From Nanoarchaeum equitans Kin4-M (lineage in GTDB: Archaea; Nanobdellota; Nanobdellia; Nanobdellales; Nanoarchaeaceae): a stretch of 32,000 nt of DNA. Shown here in pieces: positions 19,065 to 28,754 of the stretch. Within the stretch, counting starts at the first letter, position 1, and every line of letters starts with the position of its first letter. The DNA is taken from the NCBI GenBank assembly GCA_000008085.1, contig AE017199.1:330001-362000 (forward strand), written 5' to 3'. The position numbers were made by a program, and so were the translations under genes. The notes under the pieces were generated by a model that was not told the DNA's origin, ran no database searches, and saw only the letters and a list, made by a program, of their open reading frames with translations.

Positions 19065-19715
19065 TTGGCCATAGCTTTAGAGGAATTAATAAGATATGGG
19101 CATTATCTTTTTGGCGAAAAACCTGGTTTTGGTTATGAAAAAGAGATAATTGGTTATACCCAAGGGTTAAAACCCATATGGGATTTAGATTTGAGGAAAA
19201 CCACTTATATGTTAGCTATAACAAAGAATTTGCTTTATTCTCTAGTTTTTAGAGTGTATAGGCCTTTAGCGGAAAAGGAGTATATAGTTTTATTAGATTG
19301 TAGTGGGTCTATGAAAGGGGAAAAATTTGAAAAAGCTTTAGCGATAGCTTTATCTATTATATATAAATACAAAAGGGTTGGCCTTATTTTGTTTAACAAT
19401 AAAATAATAAAATCTATTCCCCCAACAGAGAACAAAACTTTATTGGTTAATTCTTTGTTTGTTATCCCAAGAGAGAAAACCAATATTAGTATTGCATTAG
19501 AAGAAGCAATGAAATATGCTAAACCAAAAAGTGAGATTTTTATAATAACAGATGCTGTTCCCACAGATGAAACAGTTGATGAACTAATAGAAACAGTTAG
19601 AAAACTGGCTTTAAAAAATATAAAAGTCCATGTTATTGGTATAAACCTAAAAGAAGGCAAAATAGTTGCAGAAACAATAGCAAAAATTAGTTCTTCTTTA
19701 TTGTACGAATTTTAA
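19065..19715 (+). CDS. VWA (MIDAS) domain protein partnering with MoxR
   Basis: LLDCSGSMKG MIDAS motif, DAVPTD. Coding-like frame extends upstream to 18885 without ATG/GTG/TTG, so the true N-terminus is probably further upstream. Confidence 0.85.
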   Translation: MAIALEELIRYGHYLFGEKPGFGYEKEIIGYTQGLKPIWDLDLRKTTYMLAITKNLLYSLVFRVYRPLAEKEYIVLLDCSGSMKGEKFEKALAIALSIIYKYKRVGLILFNNKIIKSIPPTENKTLLVNSLFVIPREKTNISIALEEAMKYAKPKSEIFIITDAVPTDETVDELIETVRKLALKNIKVHVIGINLKEGKIVAETIAKISSSLLYEF

Positions 19716-20635
19716 AGGAATGGTCCAACCAATAAAGGCAATATTATAGTTACATCTCCCCAAATAGTTACATGTTTTGCTTTTTTGTCTATTTTACCCC
19801 AACTAATTGCCTCTCTCGTTCTAGCCCCAGAGAGAGAGCCATCTAACTCTACTGCAGAAGTAACATACACAGCATATTTTAGACCATTGGAAAATTGAGC
19901 CCACCATATTGTGTGGTGTTTAGAGATACCCCCTCCAAGCATTAATGCGCCTATATTTTTATCCCCAAAGAATTGGTTTAGCAAAAATTCTTCATCTAAC
20001 CATACATTTACATTAAAATCTCTATGTTCTTGTCTGAACAATAAAATTTGGGTACCAACTGCTCCATCGGTTATGCCAGGTATTATTATAGGAATTCTAT
20101 TTTTGTAAGCCCAATAAATAATAGATTCTTCTTTTTTGGGATGGTTTTCTAAATATTCCCCTAAAAGCCATACAAATTCATATGTGGATAACTCTTTCTT
20201 TTTATTATAAATATAAGGTAAAGCTTTTTTTAGTATATTCTCTATTGCCAGACCATAGTTTTCCTCAGGAATAAAAATGTTTCCCAATCTAAATATGTTT
20301 TTCTCTCTCAACTCTATATCGTCCGCTTCAAAGTATCCTAAATAATAATCTTTTTCCAACCTCGCTAAGTCATGGTCTAATGTACCACAAGTAGTTATAA
20401 CTAAATCGAACATTTTTCTTTTTATTAACTCTTTTATTATCCCTCTAATCCCTGTTGCAATAATGTCGGCAGGAAAACTTAATATTTTGTATTCGGCATT
20501 ATCAAACATCTCTTTTAATATTTCGTAACCTCTATACAGTTCTTGTGCTTGGAATCCTCCAATGGAAGAAAACTGTTTTATCAATTCTTCTATTGTTGTG
20601 TTTTTATTTACATTTAAATCTCTAACAGGTTTCAT
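19712..20635 (-). CDS. dys: deoxyhypusine synthase
   Basis: TTCGTLDHDLAR, ALMLGGGISKHH, SLSGARTREAISWGKI. Confidence 0.93.
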   Translation of the reverse strand: MKPVRDLNVNKNTTIEELIKQFSSIGGFQAQELYRGYEILKEMFDNAEYKILSFPADIIATGIRGIIKELIKRKMFDLVITTCGTLDHDLARLEKDYYLGYFEADDIELREKNIFRLGNIFIPEENYGLAIENILKKALPYIYNKKKELSTYEFVWLLGEYLENHPKKEESIIYWAYKNRIPIIIPGITDGAVGTQILLFRQEHRDFNVNVWLDEEFLLNQFFGDKNIGALMLGGGISKHHTIWWAQFSNGLKYAVYVTSAVELDGSLSGARTREAISWGKIDKKAKHVTIWGDVTIILPLLVGPFL

Positions 20636-23600
20636 TATTTTTGTTTGTCAGACAATTTATAAATAACATTGAAAACCTTTAGCTCTTCTTTTAGGTTATC
20701 TAGTATCTTTTTTGTATCTTCATTATTAAATGTATAGCTATGCGGTTTTAATGTTATATAAGGATAAAACATTGTTACCAATTGGGGATAACCTATAATA
20801 TCTTTAGCTCTTTTGTACACATATTCATAGGCTAACTTTCTTAAAGCGTAGTTAAGATAATCTAAAAAGGTTGAATTAACTTCGATAGGAAAGGAATATT
20901 TATCATAAACTAAGGGCACTATTATTGTATCTATGTGGAATAATATGATATGTTTATTCCCAAATAGGGGATCGCCATTAACTAGGATTTTTCTATCTAT
21001 GTCATTGCCATCCATATTATTACTGGGAGTAAATACTATAGCTAGAACATTATTATTTTTGTCTACTAGAAACAAATAACCATAGACATCTTTTACAAGA
21101 TATGAATCCTTATTAGTTTTAAAAAATAAACCAATCCAATCGCCAGTATAGTAAGTATAGGTAGTACTAGAGAACCAGCCTTTGTCTTCGTATTCTTTAA
21201 AGAAAGTTTTTTCTGGGAACTTTCTTAGTTCTAGTTTATCCCCTCCCCATACAGGAAAATAGTTATTAACTATAGCGTGGGGCCAGCTTTCTATTACTCC
21301 ATAAACTTTGTTCCTACTTATGACTAAAGCTGTTCTTCGGGGGAAATAAACTATATCATAATTATTTATAATATGAACATTAGGTTTTTCGTCTACCCAT
21401 ATTTTTTTCAACCCATACTTCAGCCTATATCCTTTAGGAGTATCTATTTCTTTTAATGCTGGGATAAAAGATATTTTTATTGTATCTAACACATATTCGG
21501 GACTATCCGTTAACCCCCGAGAATATACGCTAAAAACAAAATCGTAATCTATGGGCTTTATATTATCTATTTCAGAGATAATGTGTAAAGGTATAATTCT
21601 TTTTTCATCTCTGTCTAATTTGTTATTCTCATTCCAATCCATAGGACACACAAATTTGTTTTCTCTCCATTTGCACGCATAAGCTATAGCTATTACAGTA
21701 TTGTTAAGCCATATAGATTTGCCATCATCTAATATGAAAAAATTCAATGTTATTAATTTGTAAGGGTTTTTTAATAAGTTTACCGCTTCTCTTTTTAGTT
21801 CTTTCTCGAAAGCCTTGTAGAATTCTTCTTTATCAAATTTAGATGGCAATAACTCTAAAGGTTTGCCCTTATTGTAAATAGCTATATAAGGTAAAACTTC
21901 CAATGTTTTATTATTTATATAATAGTAAGCCTTTAATTGTACCTTGTACCATAAATCAATTTCTTCTATTCTATCATCAAAAGAGCAATTTGCTTCTATA
22001 TGATTTTCTTTTAAAACTCCATCGCAAAGGTAATATTTGTCCCTATATATCTTTAATCCATACTGTGGTTTTTTAATAAACATAAAGGTTTTTCCATCTC
22101 TCTTTATCTCTTTTATTTTTTCATAATCAATTGTTATTATAACAGTATTGTCTTTTATATCTAATTTCGCACCGCAAGGGTATTCTATTACTAAACATAT
22201 TTTCCCCTCACAACTGCTAAAATATATATTAATATAGTTTATTTTTTTGCAAACAGTTTTAATTTCTTTGTCTGCAGTTATTTTTATGATAACCTTATTA
22301 GCAAGCTTTTCTACATCTATACTAGGGGGAGCAAGTTCAATATTTTTTGCTTCTCCACTATTTAATTCTATATAAGCGCTACCCTTCCCTTTAATATTTA
22401 GTTGGGCCCACCCTATATAGTAATTGTCATATCTTGCTTCAATTTTTATGTTATCTTTGTTTGTTTCGCATATATAATAATTAACCTCTTTATCACATTT
22501 TTCGCCATTTACAAAAATCTCCATATTATTATACTCTTTTTTTGTTGGCTCTATTTTTAGTTTAATATTTTCTTCTTTGTTAATCAATATTTTAAAATCT
22601 GTTTCGAATTCTCCGCAAATATCATATGCTTCTATTCTTTTACCGGGCTTACCTTCTGGAGTACATATGGTAAAACCTTCAATTTGCTTATATATGCTAC
22701 ATAACCTTTTCCCAATTTTCGATAATATGTTGGAATTAATCTTTCTTATGTGTAATCCATCTTTTGCGAAACATTTGACTTCTAGGCCTTTTCCATAATA
22801 GTAAGTTTCCCTTTCTAAATAAGTTAGATCTCCTTTTTCTGTTTCTATAAAATAATTGCCTATATATTTGCCAACAGCTTTTTCCTTAAATAATGGGTTT
22901 ATTTTGACAAAACATTTAGTTGGTATTCCTTCTACGGATTCTCCCTTATAAAGGGGATTTTCCAAAATTAGTTTTCCTTTTTGCAACGCATCTGCTTCGC
23001 ATACATCTGCTTTAATATAACCATTAGGGGTTTTTTTAACTAATTGGGCATCTATTTTGGCCTTTCCAATATAAATATAACCATTTCCATTTTCATCATA
23101 CTCTCCATCAATTATATAGGTTTTTCTAACTAAAACAGTATTAAAATTGAATACAAATTCATAATTACCTGGTTTTAATGCTGTTTCCGGTATGCTATTT
23201 AAATCGCATACGATTTCTTTTTTATTATCGCTATCTATATCTTTAAAATCACAATTCCAGATTATTCTACTAACTTCCACTGTAACTTTTTTTATATTGT
23301 CTAATAATTTGTCTATTTCGCCTAATGCATCAACTTCAAAATATAATATATTACTATAGCGAGGAGTTATTAAAATAGGAGAACAATATGTTACATATAA
23401 ATCATGTAAACTTCCCGTTTGTTCACTAACCAACACTTTAGAATTGAGTATTTCCGATACTAGTGTAGTTCTATCCCCTATTTTTATAGAAATGTGGTTT
23501 TCTTTAGCTATTGTTGAACAATCCTCAGTTGGGTTATTTTTTAATATAAAATAACCATCTTTTATACAAACTGTGGATAAAAACTTTCTAATACTATTTA

Positions 23601-23787
23601 AGTCTTCACAAGTTTTTTCGCTATTATACCAACTAACTAAAAAATCTATTACATTTGAAGGTTTTTCCCCAAATTTTACAGCTTTGTTTATAACGAAAGC
23701 ACTAGTAGCTAGGAATATACCTAATAATACCGCTTCGAATAGGACTTCTAAAGATCTATTCAATCCTCGTAATGGCATATTCCCCAT
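20635..23787 (-). CDS. large secreted/surface protein, unknown function (1050 aa)
   Basis: N-terminus LRGLNRSLEVLFEAVLLGIFLATSAFVI resembles a class III (pilin-like) signal or anchor. Long Cys-containing extracellular-type body. Confidence 0.8.
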   Translation of the reverse strand: MGNMPLRGLNRSLEVLFEAVLLGIFLATSAFVINKAVKFGEKPSNVIDFLVSWYNSEKTCEDLNSIRKFLSTVCIKDGYFILKNNPTEDCSTIAKENHISIKIGDRTTLVSEILNSKVLVSEQTGSLHDLYVTYCSPILITPRYSNILYFEVDALGEIDKLLDNIKKVTVEVSRIIWNCDFKDIDSDNKKEIVCDLNSIPETALKPGNYEFVFNFNTVLVRKTYIIDGEYDENGNGYIYIGKAKIDAQLVKKTPNGYIKADVCEADALQKGKLILENPLYKGESVEGIPTKCFVKINPLFKEKAVGKYIGNYFIETEKGDLTYLERETYYYGKGLEVKCFAKDGLHIRKINSNILSKIGKRLCSIYKQIEGFTICTPEGKPGKRIEAYDICGEFETDFKILINKEENIKLKIEPTKKEYNNMEIFVNGEKCDKEVNYYICETNKDNIKIEARYDNYYIGWAQLNIKGKGSAYIELNSGEAKNIELAPPSIDVEKLANKVIIKITADKEIKTVCKKINYINIYFSSCEGKICLVIEYPCGAKLDIKDNTVIITIDYEKIKEIKRDGKTFMFIKKPQYGLKIYRDKYYLCDGVLKENHIEANCSFDDRIEEIDLWYKVQLKAYYYINNKTLEVLPYIAIYNKGKPLELLPSKFDKEEFYKAFEKELKREAVNLLKNPYKLITLNFFILDDGKSIWLNNTVIAIAYACKWRENKFVCPMDWNENNKLDRDEKRIIPLHIISEIDNIKPIDYDFVFSVYSRGLTDSPEYVLDTIKISFIPALKEIDTPKGYRLKYGLKKIWVDEKPNVHIINNYDIVYFPRRTALVISRNKVYGVIESWPHAIVNNYFPVWGGDKLELRKFPEKTFFKEYEDKGWFSSTTYTYYTGDWIGLFFKTNKDSYLVKDVYGYLFLVDKNNNVLAIVFTPSNNMDGNDIDRKILVNGDPLFGNKHIILFHIDTIIVPLVYDKYSFPIEVNSTFLDYLNYALRKLAYEYVYKRAKDIIGYPQLVTMFYPYITLKPHSYTFNNEDTKKILDNLKEELKVFNVIYKLSDKQK

Positions 23788-24517
23788 TGCCTATATATTT
23801 TTCTATTATGTCGTTTATAGTTTTTAATTTTCTTTCCAATTCCTTTGGGTCTTCGCCTTCTATTCTAATATAATATTTACCAGACCCTTGGTATTTGGCT
23901 TCGAATCCTAAATTCTCTATTTCTTCAAAAATTTTTCTAATCCTATTAATGCCATCGGTTTCTATTGTATATAATTCGATTAAAGCTTTTATTTCATATT
24001 TTTTTGGTTTTATTCTTTCTTTTATTATTTCCAATAACGGTTCGGCATATTTTTTAGGAATTCTATATTTTTTTAACAATTCCGGGTTTTTAGCTATTTC
24101 TAAAAAAGCTTTGTATAAAGAAACCTCTTTTTTTAATATGGGCTCTGCGACTTTCTTTCTTATTGCTTCGTAATCTTCATTTAATTTATTGGCTAATAAC
24201 TCTAAAATTTTGTTAGCTGCTTGTTCCATTCTAAATTCGGATAGCTTTCTCTTTACTTCTTGGGGGTGGGCCTTTCTTAAGCTAAAATAAATAGTTTTTG
24301 ATAAAGGATCAACTCTAATTACTTTGCCTACAACTATTTGACCAACCCTAACATGATCTTTTATGTCTTTTATTCTCCCCCTAGCAACTTCGTTAAATGG
24401 CAAAATAGCATCTGCTTCATATTCTAATGGCTCTGCTATAGCTGCGGCTGGGTCTATTTTGATTATTTTTGCAACTATATATTCTCCAACATTAGGTAAT
24501 GTTTTCTTCTTTATCAC
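23756..24517 (-). CDS. eif2a: translation initiation factor aIF2 alpha
   Basis: S1 domain at N-terminus followed by aIF2alpha helical and C-terminal domains. Confidence 0.93.
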   Translation of the reverse strand: MIKKKTLPNVGEYIVAKIIKIDPAAAIAEPLEYEADAILPFNEVARGRIKDIKDHVRVGQIVVGKVIRVDPLSKTIYFSLRKAHPQEVKRKLSEFRMEQAANKILELLANKLNEDYEAIRKKVAEPILKKEVSLYKAFLEIAKNPELLKKYRIPKKYAEPLLEIIKERIKPKKYEIKALIELYTIETDGINRIRKIFEEIENLGFEAKYQGSGKYYIRIEGEDPKELERKLKTINDIIEKYIGNGEYAITRIE

Positions 24518-25404
24518 TTTTCATATTCAAATATGCCTTTATAAGTATTTATTCTAACATACTTGGGAACAAAATCCAATGCTACACATGGAATATTGTT
24601 TTCTCTTAAATTTATCGCTAAATGCGATAGAAATGTTGGCTCTTTTACTATTATACCTTTTATTTTGTCTAAATATTTGGAGAGCCAATAGTATAGCCTA
24701 TTCACATATATAATACCCTCTATTTTATCTTTTTCGCTTTTTATGTATTTTACAGGGCCTTCCATTATGCCAGGGCTAATAACTATAATGTTAGGGTTTT
24801 CTGGGATAGTTTTAGTTATGGGCCTAACTTGTAAAACGTATAATCTCTTATTATATGCGAACTCTATATCAATGTCAAAACCCATATATTTTCTAATTTC
24901 ATTAATTTTGTTCTTTATTCTATCTAATAAGCTGTCAACCTTTTTATTAAATAAATCTAAATTTTTATAGATTCTTTTCCCATCAATGTATATAACATCG
25001 CTTTCTTCTGTGGCAAACCTCTTGCTTAATTCTATTATTGTTTTATTATATACAAATCCTACTCCATGGTATTGGGCTTTTATATATTTGGTAACTAAAA
25101 CAGGTATTCCCTTTTCTTGTATTTTCTTAATATAAAACAACGCTTTCCTTTTTGGCACTCTTATATAGGATTCATATTTACCAGCATTGGCTTTTTCTTT
25201 TGTATCTTCATCAAAAGAAGAAGACCTAATTGAGTAAAATCTATAATTATATTGGTTTAGGGCTTTTTCTATGGTATAATCATTATCCTCTAAAGTTACC
25301 ACAAACCCATTTGGAGTTAAAAATTTTTGTTTAACTAACGATAAATAATAAGCTTTGTTTCCTACTAATTCTTTATATTTGTATGCCTCTTTTAGAGGTA
25401 TCAC
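24514..25404 (-). CDS. minimal PEP synthase/PPDK-like protein (reduced ATP-grasp plus swivel domain)
   Basis: YSIRSSSFDED...ANAGKYESYIRV and DIDIEFAYNKRLYVLQVRPIT (PPDK_N); VKEPTFLSHLAINLRENNIPCVA (swivel-like). Confidence 0.7.
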   Translation of the reverse strand: MIPLKEAYKYKELVGNKAYYLSLVKQKFLTPNGFVVTLEDNDYTIEKALNQYNYRFYSIRSSSFDEDTKEKANAGKYESYIRVPKRKALFYIKKIQEKGIPVLVTKYIKAQYHGVGFVYNKTIIELSKRFATEESDVIYIDGKRIYKNLDLFNKKVDSLLDRIKNKINEIRKYMGFDIDIEFAYNKRLYVLQVRPITKTIPENPNIIVISPGIMEGPVKYIKSEKDKIEGIIYVNRLYYWLSKYLDKIKGIIVKEPTFLSHLAINLRENNIPCVALDFVPKYVRINTYKGIFEYEK

Positions 25405-25435
25405 AGAATTTTAAAGCGATATAATTAAAAAAGCA

Positions 25436-25912
25436 ATGATAAAAGCCCAGGTTTTTTATGACGCTTTGGGTGCTCCAAAAGAAAATGTTGTTTCTTTTTT
25501 AAAAGATTTGGTTGAAAGAATAAAGCAATACGAAGGAGCAAAAGTTATTGATTATAAAATATTAGAGCCAGAACCCCAAGGAAATAACTTGTATTCTTCT
25601 GTAGCAATATTAATAATGGAATTCGAAGATTTGTTTAGAGTATTTCAATTCGTTTTAGATTACCCTCCAGCGACAATAGAAATACTATATCCGGAAGGCC
25701 CAGATCAATTATTAAGAGATATAGAGAAAGAATTATCCAAATGCGTTGATAAAGAAAAAGTAAACCAACTTAGAAAAGAAATTAAAGCTTTGAAATCTTT
25801 GATACCAACGAAAGCTACTTTAAATTTGATTTTAAACGATTTAGCAACCAAACAACATCAAATGGGGTTGCTAATTAAAGAATTACAAGCGAGGTTGCAA
25901 CTTCAACAATAG
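25436..25912 (+). CDS. hypothetical protein with C-terminal coiled coil
   Basis: Complete ORF, TATA-like box upstream. Confidence 0.65.
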   Translation: MIKAQVFYDALGAPKENVVSFLKDLVERIKQYEGAKVIDYKILEPEPQGNNLYSSVAILIMEFEDLFRVFQFVLDYPPATIEILYPEGPDQLLRDIEKELSKCVDKEKVNQLRKEIKALKSLIPTKATLNLILNDLATKQHQMGLLIKELQARLQLQQ

Positions 25913-26505
25913 ATTTTTTCTAAATTTTTCGAAAAATAATACACAAACCAACTAATTATAAACAAAACTGATAAATATATAAACTTAAAAGGTATAAAAA
26001 GGATAGGAATAAACAATAAAACCAAAACAAATGAGAATAACATTGATGGCAAAGAAAATGTATATGCTATAAGTTTTTTTGTATTAGTTTCGTTATGCAA
26101 TGCTTTATATGTTGGATATATTGTCAATAATAGCAAAAGCAATTGGAATATAAGTAATGTAATTGTTGATAACAACAAAACCATATTCATCGGGTTTTTC
26201 ATTATTTGGTTAAACAAATAGAGCGATAGCAATAATAAAGATATGTTTAATATTTTGAAAGCTGAATGGTATTTTATTAAAACAGGCAATACCTTTTTAG
26301 TTCTCTCTATCGATTCTTTTATAGAATAACCAACAATTATGGAACGCGCTAATTCTATAGCCCATATCAATAATACGGTTTCAATTATTATAATTATCGA
26401 CAATACAACTATATCATTTATAGTTAGGTTTAAACCGATATTTATAGATTGGGCAAGCAATTCCATAATATAGCTAACTATCAATAAAGCGATAAATTTC
26501 AACAT
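25903..26505 (-). CDS. hypothetical multi-pass membrane protein
   Basis: About five hydrophobic segments. Confidence 0.65.
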   Translation of the reverse strand: MLKFIALLIVSYIMELLAQSINIGLNLTINDIVVLSIIIIIETVLLIWAIELARSIIVGYSIKESIERTKKVLPVLIKYHSAFKILNISLLLLSLYLFNQIMKNPMNMVLLLSTITLLIFQLLLLLLTIYPTYKALHNETNTKKLIAYTFSLPSMLFSFVLVLLFIPILFIPFKFIYLSVLFIISWFVYYFSKNLEKIYC

Positions 26506-26532
26506 GAAAATTTTTAAACCAATTATTTATAA

Positions 26533-26598
26533 GGTTCTGGGCAGCCACGGGGCCCGAATTTGGTCCCCGTGACCCCGGTTCGAATCCGGGCGGGGCTA
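26533..26598 (+). tRNA. tRNA 3' half (probable tRNA-Gln(UUG)), trans-split candidate
   Basis: CCCCG TGAC CCCGG TTCGAAT CCGGG CGGGGCT A. T arm and acceptor 3' strand are intact, with no matching 5' acceptor strand (AGCCCCG) nearby. UUG sits at the anticodon spacing, 26560-26562. TATA-like ATTTTTAAA upstream. GC-rich leader GGTTCTGGGCAGCCACGGGGCCCG. Confidence 0.65.
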
Positions 26599-27378
26599 CT
26601 CCTTTATTTTTCTTAATAACTTCTTATGCAATCTCTTAATCATCTCTTTTTTATCTTGCATAAATATTATATCACTTTGGCCCCATACTTCTAAATGCCA
26701 TGCAAATGGAGAAGGCATTTCCACTTCTTTTATATATATTTTCATTTTTTTAACTTTTCTCATAAATTCTTTAGCATGGAATATATCCATTTTATCCTCT
26801 AGAATTGTTCTATATGTTTCTTTCAATAAAGGAAAATCTGGGTAATGCTCTAAAAGGAAATTCAATAACGATTCTGCATTAATTTGTTGCCTCGATATTG
26901 GTATTTCTTTTCCCATGTATTTTTTTAGTATCATTAACCCTGTATTTGCCACATGTCTAAACACCCTCTTAAACATCTCGCTATTTTTAATGGCTTCTCT
27001 TAATATTTCTTCGAATTTATCTTCTTTTATTGATAATAAACCTAACAACTCTACTTTTTTTAATGCTTTCTCTTTTGGCACTATTATAGAAAAACCATAA
27101 TCCGATACAACTGTTCTTACATTAGTTCGCTTTTCTTTACTAATTAAATAAGCGAAAGCTCTAGACAAAGCATCGTTTGCTTTTCTTCCTAAAACAGTAT
27201 GAAAAATGTATTCTTCTATGTCATTATGGGGATATACCTCTATTAATAGTTCGTCTCTCTTTGGGATAAGCAAATATTTATATTGCTCTAACATATATTG
27301 GGCCAAATTTTTTGCTACTCTATCATTTACTTTGTATTTTTGTTTTATATAGTTAGTTAAATTCTCTATTTCAACCAT
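26596..27378 (-). CDS. stand-alone Lhr-type DEAD/H-associated C-terminal domain
   Basis: FHTVLGRKANDALSRAFAYLIS, NVRTVVSDYGFSIIVP, FKRVFRHVANTGLMILKKYMG, FPLLKETYRTILEDKMDI, PSPFAWH. No helicase core encoded. Confidence 0.8.
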   Translation of the reverse strand: MVEIENLTNYIKQKYKVNDRVAKNLAQYMLEQYKYLLIPKRDELLIEVYPHNDIEEYIFHTVLGRKANDALSRAFAYLISKEKRTNVRTVVSDYGFSIIVPKEKALKKVELLGLLSIKEDKFEEILREAIKNSEMFKRVFRHVANTGLMILKKYMGKEIPISRQQINAESLLNFLLEHYPDFPLLKETYRTILEDKMDIFHAKEFMRKVKKMKIYIKEVEMPSPFAWHLEVWGQSDIIFMQDKKEMIKRLHKKLLRKIKE

Positions 27379-28754
27379 TCTTTCTTAGGACGGAATGGTT
27401 TATATTTTATACCATTGCCCTGGAAAAACAAACTAAATGCCTCTACATAATGCAATCTTAAAGAATGTATAAACCCACTTAGAATAGATAAGATAAAATT
27501 AAACAATATTATAAAGGGTATAGCAACAATTTTTATTGGGTTAGGGAATATAGATGTTAGGGCTATTTGCAATATATTTGTGGCTAATGCCAATGCTGTT
27601 AATCTAATATAGCTAAGCAATTTCGATAGTAATTCTAAAAATGGAGAATAAAATTGCAATCTGTTTTTCCATATACTATAAATTATCAATGGGGCGAACG
27701 CGTATACAATTATATTATTTATGGGCATTTTTAATAGTAAGCATATAGTTATATACCCTATCAAAGGAATTGCTATAAGTTCAAAAACTTTTTTTCCTAA
27801 AATAGAAGCGATAGTTAAATGTATTACTCCTATAGCTATAGGTAATCCCAAAAGAATTAGGGGATCTTGTATGTTTAGCCCATTGGATATAGGATAAGTA
27901 AATAAGCTTCCAAAAACAAAACCAACAAAAATAGATATTAAAGAGCTAACCAATAGGATAGTAAATAGCTTTTTGTTATTTGTGTTGTCGAAATACCTTT
28001 TTAATAATAAGGTAAATACTAATGATAATAACCCATATCCCATGTCTGCAAATGTTATTGCATAGAATATAGGGAAAAACAAAGCTATATACAAGGTAGG
28101 GTCTTTTTCTTTATAATTTGGTATAGAGAATAGCTCTATTAAATATTCGAAATCTCTAACTATTGGGGGGTTATTTAATAAAGTGGGGCCTTCTTTGGCT
28201 TCTTTTATCTCTAAAATTACGGGTTTATCTTTTAATAGATCAACTAATTCGTTTAAAGATCTCTTTGGTATATAACCTCTAACCATTAATATTACTCCTT
28301 TTTTGAAAGAGTATTCTATTGCGTTCAAATACTCTAATTTGTTTTCCAAATATTCCTTATAAGCCAAAATCTTTTGCCAGTCAATTTTTATTTTTTCTAT
28401 CTTGTATTTTTTGTTTTCCAATTTAGCCAAAATTTGCTTTTCATATTGGTCAGCTAGTTTTTCTAATTTGGGTAAAATAGAATAAAAATAAGCTCTCGCT
28501 TCCTCTTTAGTATAGCGCTTTTTCTTAGTAAAAACCAAATCCCAAATAGATATCAAATTAAGCTTATTTATTAAATCTAAGGCCCAATAAACCTTGGCCA
28601 GTTCTTTTTCTATTTCTTCCCTATATTCTATATTAAGGGATTTTTTCTTCGATAATATTAGATGGGCTTTCCCCCAATTATATAATATTTTTGTTATAGC
28701 AAACGCTTTTGTTATCGGGAAATAGAGTTTAAACTTATATAGAGGCTCTATCAT
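27366..28754 (-). CDS. atpI: V/A-type ATP synthase subunit I
   Basis: FFPIFYAITFADMGYGLL motif and multi-TM C-terminal half. Short (462 aa). Confidence 0.88.
   Translation of the reverse strand: MIEPLYKFKLYFPITKAFAITKILYNWGKAHLILSKKKSLNIEYREEIEKELAKVYWALDLINKLNLISIWDLVFTKKKRYTKEEARAYFYSILPKLEKLADQYEKQILAKLENKKYKIEKIKIDWQKILAYKEYLENKLEYLNAIEYSFKKGVILMVRGYIPKRSLNELVDLLKDKPVILEIKEAKEGPTLLNNPPIVRDFEYLIELFSIPNYKEKDPTLYIALFFPIFYAITFADMGYGLLSLVFTLLLKRYFDNTNNKKLFTILLVSSLISIFVGFVFGSLFTYPISNGLNIQDPLILLGLPIAIGVIHLTIASILGKKVFELIAIPLIGYITICLLLKMPINNIIVYAFAPLIIYSIWKNRLQFYSPFLELLSKLLSYIRLTALALATNILQIALTSIFPNPIKIVAIPFIILFNFILSILSGFIHSLRLHYVEAFSLFFQGNGIKYKPFRPKKEWLK

Noticed and set aside
26533-26598. Complete tRNA gene
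   Set aside because: Only about 15 nt precede the CGGGG stretch. There is no 5' acceptor complement and no convincing D arm, and the anticodon loop would be 12 nt.
1700-26598. The two tRNA halves in the window are partners
   Set aside because: Anticodon stems match (CGGGG/CCCCG) and 6 nt of leader/trailer are complementary, but the acceptor has a C-C mismatch and G-U at the end, and the 3' half already carries UUG at the anticodon position. Kept only as an open possibility.
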